Shown here piece after piece: positions 1 to 6,703 of a stretch of 12,595 nt of DNA. The notes under the pieces were generated by a model. The model searched no databases. It was not told where the DNA came from and saw nothing but the letters and a program-made list of their open reading frames with translations. Source of the stretch: Promethearchaeota archaeon (lineage in GTDB: Archaea; Asgardarchaeota; Thorarchaeia; Thorarchaeales; Thorarchaeaceae); NCBI GenBank assembly GCA_027031765.1, contig JALVPN010000126.1, forward strand, positions 1 through 12,595, read 5' to 3'. Position numbers and translations under genes: made by a program. The first letter of the stretch is position 1. Each line of letters opens with the position of its first letter.

Positions 1-303
1 GCCCTGACCCTGAGCCTGTCCAGTGTGCGCACTCTCCTGAAATACCAGTCAGTGGCCGGACCGGTGTTTCCAGTTGCGCCACCGACTTATGTCCATTGTC
101 ATGGTGTGTCCGGCCTGAGCGCACTGGTCAACTGCACGCAGAAAGGCGCCATCACACCATCTTTGCCCCACCGATAGAGTGGGACGGGCCGACCGGATGG
201 TCCACTGGGGCCGGGCGCTGCGAGTCCTCCACCTGCTCCACAAGTAGGGCCCCCGTGTCGACCAGTCTGACTGCGTGGCCCCTGTCCCGCCCGCTCTTGC
301 GGA

Positions 304-327
304 TACTTATCTGAGAAGCAATATCTA
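304..327 (+). promoter_or_regulatory. Possible archaeal TATA-like element(s) upstream of the first membrane-protein gene
   Basis: Only AT-rich patch near the gene (TACTTATC 304-311; AATATCTA 320-327 preceded by purine-rich GAGAAGC) in GC-rich flanks. Weak match to consensus. Confidence 0.3.
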
Positions 328-380
328 CTAGCGCTGCGCATGGGCCTAGACTAGGAGAACCGGACTGGTGGGCCTCTATC

Positions 381-1664
381 TTGGCTGTCTTGACTGAGCA
401 ACAGTGTGAGCTGACGACTGGAGAGCGGAACCTCGGGTACCTGCTCTCCTGCATGGGAGTGGTCGACGGTATCCAGGGCAACATGCCCGTCTGGGCTGCT
501 CTGCGTCTCACGACAAGGCGGGCTGCCGGGTTCGTGACAATAATGCTCGTACCACTCATCACGTACCACTATGTCTTTGTGAATTCATTCGGTGGACTCA
601 TCGTCACAGTTGGTGGTGGCATCCTGCTCGTGGTCTGCGCGGCCATAGTGACACGGGCAGTGTACGGTGTGTTCTGTCGGGTGTGTTCACACTTTGCATA
701 TGACGGCCCCGACTCGCCACTGGCCAGTCTCTATGTCCGTGCGGAGGACGCCCAGAAGTTCAGCAGACTGGCAATGCACAAGCTCTTCTACTGTCGCTTT
801 CATGACGTCGGCTCGCTGGTCTGTGGAGTCCTGGTCTATGCCCTGGTCACAGGCTCAAGCGTTGTGAGCCACTATATGGACACTGGTGACGTAGTCTTCT
901 CTCTCTTCGAGTGGGGTAACACATTTGTCTTCCCCTGGACCATTCCCGTCAAGGTCTGCAACTGGGTCCTATACGGTGCCGTAGTGGTCATCATCATATC
1001 CCTCCTCCGGACCATCCGCAGGTGTGTCGTCGTTGTGGATGCCTTCAACGAGGAACAGCACACACTGGTCCTGTTCCAGCTCGTTGAAGAGCTGAACGAG
1101 GTGCGCGTGCTGCGGGGCGCCAGGAACCTCACCGCAGAGGACGAGTTGAAGGAGTACCTGTTCAGGCGCAGTCACTTCACCGAGTTCTACGAGTTCGCGC
1201 GCGGCGTTGTCGACTCAATGATACGGATCACGGCAATCATCTTCGTTTCCGGTATCCTGATGAGTCTCGTAAATGTGGCAATAAGACTGACAGAGGGCTT
1301 TTCCCAGCTCCGGTTCTACATGGGCCTCGTCGTGGTGGGCTGCGGCCTCCTACTTGGTCTATACGTGTTCGTCCACCCGCAGCTCAGGATGCACGCGTTG
1401 ATGGAGGCATACAAGTCGTCAATGGTCAACCTCCTCCAGGATGTCTTCGAGCTCCAGATACACAGGTTCATGGTGTCGGAGAAGAGCATACGCCGTGAGG
1501 TAGCCACTGACATCAGGCTCCTCGACGAAATCCTTGAGTACAACAAGCAGCTACGCGTATGGCCCTACACACCGCAGCACCTGATACAGGTTGCGAGTCT
1601 CGCCACACTGGTCATGCAGTCCGGCCTGTTCGATGCGTTGCAGGCGGCGATGATAGGGGGATAG
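381..1664 (+). CDS. Uncharacterised polytopic membrane protein (~7 TM, N-in), 7TMIC/chemoreceptor-like candidate, copy A; start uncertain
   Basis: 427-aa ORF with GC3-rich codons. Hydrophobic segments: GFVTIMLVPLITYHYVFV, FGGLIVTVGGGILLVVCAAIV, VGSLVCGVLVYALVTGSSVV, WVLYGAVVVIIISLL, MIRITAIIFVSGILMSLVNVAI, FYMGLVVVGCGLLLGLYVFV and a weaker LIQVASLATLVMQ. C-terminal HPQLRMHALMEAYK...LRVWPY (W at 1560-1562). The frame is open from 315; TTG at 381 is the first start codon. CDS is secure, family is inference. Confidence 0.85.
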   Translation: MAVLTEQQCELTTGERNLGYLLSCMGVVDGIQGNMPVWAALRLTTRRAAGFVTIMLVPLITYHYVFVNSFGGLIVTVGGGILLVVCAAIVTRAVYGVFCRVCSHFAYDGPDSPLASLYVRAEDAQKFSRLAMHKLFYCRFHDVGSLVCGVLVYALVTGSSVVSHYMDTGDVVFSLFEWGNTFVFPWTIPVKVCNWVLYGAVVVIIISLLRTIRRCVVVVDAFNEEQHTLVLFQLVEELNEVRVLRGARNLTAEDELKEYLFRRSHFTEFYEFARGVVDSMIRITAIIFVSGILMSLVNVAIRLTEGFSQLRFYMGLVVVGCGLLLGLYVFVHPQLRMHALMEAYKSSMVNLLQDVFELQIHRFMVSEKSIRREVATDIRLLDEILEYNKQLRVWPYTPQHLIQVASLATLVMQSGLFDALQAAMIGG

Positions 1665-1667
1665 GAC

Positions 1668-1865
1668 ATGATGGACGTAATGAACGGCCCGTGTCATTGG
1701 GCGTGGCCCCCAGAGTCCTCCGAGCTGGGTCTTCCAACCCTGGCCGGGCCGTCTGCATGTGGCCCGCCCTCACGCAGATGTGTGTCCTGTGGTGCTGTAC
1801 TCCAGTCGTATCCGGAGGTGGTGGGCCCATTGACTAGACTCAACGTAGTGCTGAGAGGTGTATGA
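1668..1865 (+). CDS. Possible 65-aa small hypothetical protein bridging the two membrane-protein genes
   Basis: ATG 3 nt after the upstream stop; TGA ends 1 nt before the next ATG (1867). Pro/Gly/Cys-rich with no recognisable domain, so it may be spurious. Confidence 0.2.
   Translation: MMDVMNGPCHWAWPPESSELGLPTLAGPSACGPPSRRCVSCGAVLQSYPEVVGPLTRLNVVLRGV
1855..1860 (+). promoter_or_regulatory. Shine-Dalgarno-like GAGGTG
   Basis: GAGGTG 6 nt upstream of ATG 1867; favours 1867 over GTG 1858 as the start. Confidence 0.6.
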
Positions 1866-1866
1866 G

Positions 1867-3153
1867 ATGAGCGACTCTGACCAGCCGGACTGTGAGGCTG
1901 ACGTCCCCGGGTCACGTCTGGGCCATGTTGACCCGGTCTACTATGATGAGGACGGCCGTCTACGACTGAGGCAGGGACAGGAACATAGGGTGTCCCTGTT
2001 CATCCGTTGGGGCATAGGGTACGACTCCCTCGTCAGTGTAGTGATATTCTACGGCTTCATCGGATGGCAATGGCCCATATACCTGCTTGCGGGCTATGAG
2101 ATTCAACTGACCACTGTCATGGTTACGCTGCTACTTGTGGTCATAATCTCGCTGGCCACAGTCATCCTCCGCGAGTTCTATAGGGACCTTGCTGCCCTTC
2201 TGGACGTACAGGGTGCTGGGACGGGGAGGACGCGTGCTCAGATACGAGAGCTCTTTGTCAGTGACGGCCAGTACAGACAGTTCCGTCAGACCATCTACGA
2301 CGACATGTTCACCCGGAACTGGGCTGACCTGGTCGGTGTTGTCGTGGCCACAGTGGGACTCTCACTCCTGATCGGGGCCGACATGGTCTACTATCAACAG
2401 ACAGTAGGGGACTGGAGGGCTGTGCTGGTGTACGTGTTCAGGAACAAGCCCCCTGCACCGCCGCTGGCTGCCGCCATACGCTGGACCCAGCCGTTTGCAG
2501 TGTTCCTCCTCTATGTCTTCGTGATTTCATTCTGCCTGCGACTGACACTGATGACGTGGCACTTTCTCAGGCTGCGTACGGTCGCGGACAAGGTGTCAAT
2601 CAGTATTCCCATGCCATGTGTTGACAGCCACATGCGTGACTGTGCTACCTTGGGCTACATGCGCTTCCTGCGGACCGGGCGGGCTGTGTTCAGGGTCTTC
2701 CTGAGGGTTGCGACCCTGATGTTCCTGTGCGTATTCGTGGTGGCCTTCTGGGAGTTCTTCGTCATGACCTTCATGAACCCCAAGGACATCGTCATCGAGG
2801 TCGACCTCACCCTGATAGTCTTGGCCGCCATCGTCTGTGTTGTTGCCTGTACCCTGATTGTCGCCCCGCTACTGGGTTTCAAGGCGATTCTCTCTGACGC
2901 CAAGTGCCGCCTCGTCAACCGGATCAGGGACCTGTTTGAGAAGACGCAGGCAATCTACCTCCTGTACGACCTCCCACTGTCACAGACCCGCGACCTGCTG
3001 GACGAGACGCAGGTCTACCGTGCCGTCCTGCTCTACTCGGAGGGCCTGCCAGTGTGGCCTGTCGAAATACCAGACCTTGCACGTTTCGTCCTGATAGGTG
3101 TGGGCACTGCGTTGCTCTCGATATTCGGCCACCTGTTCCGGTTTGTCCAGTGA
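1867..3153 (+). CDS. Uncharacterised polytopic membrane protein (7 TM, N-in), 7TMIC/chemoreceptor-like candidate, copy B; paralog of 381-1664
   Basis: 428 aa from ATG 1867. Seven hydrophobic segments: LVSVVIFYGFIGWQWPIYLL, LTTVMVTLLLVVIISLATVIL, LVGVVVATVGLSLLIG, FAVFLLYVFVISFCLRLTLM, VATLMFLCVFVVAFWEFFVM, LTLIVLAAIVCVVACTLIVAP, FVLIGVGTALLSIF. C-terminal APLLGFKAILSDAK...LPVWPV (W at 3055-3057) parallels copy A. Confidence 0.88.
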   Translation: MSDSDQPDCEADVPGSRLGHVDPVYYDEDGRLRLRQGQEHRVSLFIRWGIGYDSLVSVVIFYGFIGWQWPIYLLAGYEIQLTTVMVTLLLVVIISLATVILREFYRDLAALLDVQGAGTGRTRAQIRELFVSDGQYRQFRQTIYDDMFTRNWADLVGVVVATVGLSLLIGADMVYYQQTVGDWRAVLVYVFRNKPPAPPLAAAIRWTQPFAVFLLYVFVISFCLRLTLMTWHFLRLRTVADKVSISIPMPCVDSHMRDCATLGYMRFLRTGRAVFRVFLRVATLMFLCVFVVAFWEFFVMTFMNPKDIVIEVDLTLIVLAAIVCVVACTLIVAPLLGFKAILSDAKCRLVNRIRDLFEKTQAIYLLYDLPLSQTRDLLDETQVYRAVLLYSEGLPVWPVEIPDLARFVLIGVGTALLSIFGHLFRFVQ

Positions 3154-3192
3154 GTGTTCCCATGCGGGGTGTCAGTGGTGTAGGGGTGGCGT

Positions 3193-3271
3193 ACTGGCGG
3201 CCCTGTGTGTCCTGTGTGTCGGCCACGCCTGTGGGATGTGCAGCCCCGCTCTGCACTGGCGGCCCTTTGTG
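3193..3271 (+). repeat. 17-bp direct repeat (16/17 identical), 62-bp period, just upstream of a promoter
   Basis: ACTGGCGGCCCTGTGTG at 3193-3209 and ACTGGCGGCCCTTTGTG at 3255-3271; a CCTGTGTGT tandem pair at 3202-3219 overlaps the first copy. Confidence 0.8.
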
Positions 3272-3275
3272 CTCT

Positions 3276-3291
3276 GGGAAACCCTTTTATG
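3276..3291 (+). promoter_or_regulatory. Archaeal BRE + TATA box for the surface-protein gene
   Basis: GGGAAACC followed by CTTTTATG, about 90 nt upstream of ATG 3378; fits the purine-rich BRE + TTTAWW pattern. Confidence 0.6.
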
Positions 3292-3377
3292 TTGTCCAAC
3301 TGTTCGGGGCCGCCAAAGCCACGGACTGGGTCTTCCCCCTCAGTCGGGTGTATGGTCCCATTAGAGAGTGAAGTGGA

Positions 3378-5288
3378 ATGAACAGTGCAAGGCGAGCTCT
3401 GGCGTTGATACTGGTCACACTCGTGCTGGCTGGAGCCATTGCCCCCATGGCACAGCCGACAGTGCCCACGAGCAGTACCCTCTGCGTGCACGGCCCCCCA
3501 AAGGTGTCCGAGACCACCCTTGTCGTCACCAATACGACCTTCAACTACCACCAGGAGTTCAACGACGATGACTTCAGGTTCGTCGTCAGGAACGGTTCGG
3601 AGCCGGTCAGCGGAGCACTGGTCACACTCTACAATGCGACCGGGGACGTGGCATACCAACACACAACGCAGAGTGACGGCTCATGGGCGTTCTACAACGT
3701 GAGACCGGGCGTCTACACTTGGAACGTGACCTGGGACGAGGCGCCAGAGGCGTTTGTCACTGGCACCCTTGTCTCTGATGGTCCCGAGGCCTTCGCAGAC
3801 GTCGAGCTCGGCAACTTGGACTGGGGAAACGATGATGACGACCTTAACGCGACAGTTGTTGACATCGTTGGTGCCGCAGCTTCCGGACTTAACTTCTCCA
3901 TCCACTTCCGAGACAACAATACCATCTGGGACCAGCAGATCATTGACGACGAGGGCCATGTCAGCTTTGTGGATGTCCCCGAGGGCAACTACACATGGAA
4001 GGTCACCGTGCTGTCACGCGTCGAGAACCCGTACAATGGGACTGTCATCGCATCCGGCAACTTCACGAGCGACGGCACCGAGGTCCTGGTACGTACGTGG
4101 CTGTCGTCCTTCCTCGCTGGCAGTCCCGAGTACTATGACTTCGAGGTCTACACATACTACGAGCAGAGCCTCTCGCCACTTGAGGGGGCGGTGGTGAACG
4201 CCACCTATGCGAATGGCACCGTAATCGGGACGGAGACCACGCCGGCCAATGGTTCGGTCACAATCGTGGACCTACCGGTGGCACCGGTCAACATCTCCAT
4301 CACATATCAGGGCCGCTACCTTGGTGCCGGTAACTACACCTTCAACCTCACGGCTCTCGCCTATGATGAACGGCTGCCCGTCGTTCACGGGCCCGGCAAC
4401 AAGGTCTTCCTGTACGGGTCCTCCAACATGCATCTGACATGGGAGCTCTATGACGAGTATCCCGAAAAGTTCGAGGTGTATATTGACGGCAGCCTTGAGT
4501 CCACAGTGGACTGGGTGAACCAGTCGTACACCTACACACTTGACTTCCCGCGTACAGGGCTCGGCAACTACACGGTCACACTCACGGCGTACGACCAGAA
4601 CCAGAACATGGCCACTGTCACTTCTTGGGTCTGGATACATGAGACCACGGCCCCAGTGGTCGAGGGGCCTGGACCTGTTGAGTTCTATTACACCGAGACC
4701 GGGTACATGCTCCAGTGGAACGTGTCAGACGACCACCTCAACATGTTCACTCTGACCCGCAATGGGACTGTTGTGCGGAGCGGCACTGTCGACCCCGACA
4801 ACCCGTCCATCATGACCTCACTTGATGGGCTGCCCATTGGTCTACACATCTACAGGCTGACAGTGAATGATACGAGTGGCAACACGGCATACGACGAGGT
4901 GCGTGTTACAGTAAAGCGTGACGACGTCGCCCCCGTCTTCGTGTACGAGCCCGGTACTGTCTACTACAACTACGGTGACGTCAACATTGTGCGCAACTGG
5001 ACAGTACGCGATGACTTCATGCTCTCGTACGAGATATTGGTCGATGGGGTGCTGGTGGAGAGTGGTAGCTGGGACTCCGAGACAATCGAGTTCGACTTTG
5101 CAGGGCTGGCAGAGGGGGTCCACTACGTCAACCTGACAGTGACGGATCTCGGTGGCAACAATGCCTCCTCCAGTGTCATGGTGGTCGTGGGAGCACCACT
5201 CTACGTCACCGCAGGGCTCTACATCGGCTCGCTCGTTGGGGCGGTGGTGGTCATTGCAGCCCTTGTCTGGTACGCACGGTACAGGTAG
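3378..5288 (+). CDS. Secreted, C-terminally membrane-anchored surface glycoprotein: 3 CarboxypepD_reg/CnaB-like beta domains + 3 Ig-like repeats
   Basis: Signal peptide MNSARRALALILVTLVLAGAIAPMA. Three ~90-aa units of the type V.GA.V.LYNATG...T...DG...F..V..G.Y.W.VT. Three 92-aa repeats starting at 4365, 4641 and 4917 (D/E..P....P....Y......W...D......I..NG/DG......W......GL..G.Y..TLT..D..GN). C-terminal TM LYIGSLVGAVVVIAALVWY followed by ARYR. 24 N-x-S/T sequons by hand count. Confidence 0.9.
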   Translation: MNSARRALALILVTLVLAGAIAPMAQPTVPTSSTLCVHGPPKVSETTLVVTNTTFNYHQEFNDDDFRFVVRNGSEPVSGALVTLYNATGDVAYQHTTQSDGSWAFYNVRPGVYTWNVTWDEAPEAFVTGTLVSDGPEAFADVELGNLDWGNDDDDLNATVVDIVGAAASGLNFSIHFRDNNTIWDQQIIDDEGHVSFVDVPEGNYTWKVTVLSRVENPYNGTVIASGNFTSDGTEVLVRTWLSSFLAGSPEYYDFEVYTYYEQSLSPLEGAVVNATYANGTVIGTETTPANGSVTIVDLPVAPVNISITYQGRYLGAGNYTFNLTALAYDERLPVVHGPGNKVFLYGSSNMHLTWELYDEYPEKFEVYIDGSLESTVDWVNQSYTYTLDFPRTGLGNYTVTLTAYDQNQNMATVTSWVWIHETTAPVVEGPGPVEFYYTETGYMLQWNVSDDHLNMFTLTRNGTVVRSGTVDPDNPSIMTSLDGLPIGLHIYRLTVNDTSGNTAYDEVRVTVKRDDVAPVFVYEPGTVYYNYGDVNIVRNWTVRDDFMLSYEILVDGVLVESGSWDSETIEFDFAGLAEGVHYVNLTVTDLGGNNASSSVMVVVGAPLYVTAGLYIGSLVGAVVVIAALVWYARYR

Positions 5289-5370
5289 TGTGTCACGTCC
5301 TGCCCACGACGCTGACGGTCCCCACCGGGGCGTCCTGTCCGCACCGGGCCGGGACACGACACCAGTGAGA

Positions 5371-5375
5371 GGAGG
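5371..5375 (+). promoter_or_regulatory. Shine-Dalgarno GGAGG of asnS
   Basis: GGAGG 5 nt upstream of ATG 5381 (alternative ATG 5387). Confidence 0.65.
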
Positions 5376-5380
5376 GACGT

Positions 5381-6691
5381 ATGCGGATGAGCAGTGACGG
5401 TTTCGTCCACGTCAGTGATGTGCTGCGTGGCTCGCTTGAGGGTGAGCGTGTTCGGCTCCGCGGATGGGTGCACAGGATACGCAAGCAGAAGAAGATGGTC
5501 TTCGTCCTGCTGCGTGACCCCTCGGGTGTCGTCCAGACTGTCATCAAGCGAGGTGTTGTGAGTGACGAGGAGTACTCGGCTGCCACGAAGATGCTGGTCG
5601 AGTCGCTTGTGGCACTTGAGGGCACTGTCAAGGCGGACGCCCGTGCAGTGGGCGGGTACGAGGTGCAGGTCGACCACCTGGATGTACTCCACTTTGCAGA
5701 GGAGTTCCCAATCACCGAGAACCAGAGCGTGGAGTTCCTGAACGACAACCGGCACCTCTGGATCCGTTCCCGCAAGATGACCAACGTGCTGAAGGTGCGC
5801 GACGAGGTCTTCCGGGCGGCCCGTGAATACCTGCGGCAGAACGGCTTCTACGAGACCACCTCTCCCATGTTCGTGTCTACGATGGGTGAAGAAGGGGCCG
5901 AGCTCTTTGAGGTCGACTACTTCGGCCGGAAGGTGTTCCTCACACAGACCGGTCAGATGCACCTCGAGCCACAGCTCTTCGCACTGGAGAGGGTGTTCAC
6001 ACTCGCACCGTCATTCCGTGGCGAGAAGTCCAGGACGCGCAAGCACCTGACGGAGTTCTGGCACCTTGAAGTGGAGGAGGCGTGGTGTGACCACGATGCC
6101 AACATAAGGCGGCAGGAGGAGCTCATCACCCACATGTGTCACTCCGTGGTCAAGAACCGTGCGGCCGAACTCGACGAGCTGGGGGTCGACCCCGAGCGGC
6201 TGCTGAGGATAGGGCCACCATTTGACCGTATGACCTACGAAGACGCCATTGAGGAGTGCCAGCGTAGGGGTCTTGACATCGAGTGGGGTCAGGACATCCG
6301 TACAGAGGCAGAGCACGTACTGACACAGGACAGGGACACGTTCCTCATAGTCGAGTTCTACCCCAAGGAGATCAAGAGCTTCTACATGAAGCACAACGAT
6401 GCTGACCCACGGACCTATAAGAACAACGACATGCTCGCCCCGCAGGGCTATGGGGAGGTAATCGGTGGCAGCCAGCGCGAGGATGACGCTCAGCGCCTGA
6501 TTGAGAACCTGCTGCGGATAGGTGACGACCCCGAGAAATACAGGTGGTACATCGACCTGCGACGGTACGGCAGTGTCGAACACTCTGGGTTCGGTGTTGG
6601 CGTCGACCGACTGATCACGTGGATGCTCGGCCTTGAGCACATCCGTGAGTGCGTGCCTTTCCCACGGACCGTCAGCCGCATCTACCCCTAG
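5381..6691 (+). CDS. asnS: Asparagine--tRNA ligase (class IIb)
   Basis: OB-fold N-terminus VRLRGWVHRIR...F..LRD.SG; motif 2 FRGEKSRTRKHLTEFWHLEVE; DMLAPQGYGEVIGGSQRE; motif 3 WYIDLRRYGSVEHSGFGVGVDRL; C-terminal FPRT..RIYP. The DLRRYG and HLTEFWHLE segments are AsnRS-type rather than AspRS-type and resemble Thermococcales AsnRS as I recall it. Confidence 0.95.
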   Translation: MRMSSDGFVHVSDVLRGSLEGERVRLRGWVHRIRKQKKMVFVLLRDPSGVVQTVIKRGVVSDEEYSAATKMLVESLVALEGTVKADARAVGGYEVQVDHLDVLHFAEEFPITENQSVEFLNDNRHLWIRSRKMTNVLKVRDEVFRAAREYLRQNGFYETTSPMFVSTMGEEGAELFEVDYFGRKVFLTQTGQMHLEPQLFALERVFTLAPSFRGEKSRTRKHLTEFWHLEVEEAWCDHDANIRRQEELITHMCHSVVKNRAAELDELGVDPERLLRIGPPFDRMTYEDAIEECQRRGLDIEWGQDIRTEAEHVLTQDRDTFLIVEFYPKEIKSFYMKHNDADPRTYKNNDMLAPQGYGEVIGGSQREDDAQRLIENLLRIGDDPEKYRWYIDLRRYGSVEHSGFGVGVDRLITWMLGLEHIRECVPFPRTVSRIYP

Positions 6692-6703
6692 CCTACCCCT
6701 AGC
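6682..6703. repeat. Perfect 11-bp tandem duplication CTACCCCTAGC x2 spanning both convergent stop codons
   Basis: Copies at 6682-6692 and 6693-6703; the asnS TAG (6689-6691) lies in copy 1 and the kinase's minus-strand TAG (6699-6701) in copy 2. Confidence 0.9.

Noticed and set aside
1-341. Short ORFs at the left edge (49-243, 96-314, 99-341)
   Set aside because: Mutually overlapping, low-complexity translations with no motifs; more likely upstream non-coding DNA.
381-3153. Heliorhodopsin or GPCR identity for the 7TM proteins
   Set aside because: No retinal-binding Lys in the last helix, loops too long for a rhodopsin, and N-in topology is opposite to GPCRs.
3154-3377. Intrinsic terminators after the genes
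   Set aside because: No convincing oligo-T tracts follow any stop codon in the window.
5289-5380. T-box riboswitch upstream of asnS
   Set aside because: No T-box consensus, too short, and no Asn specifier loop; only the looser anti-SD idea was kept.
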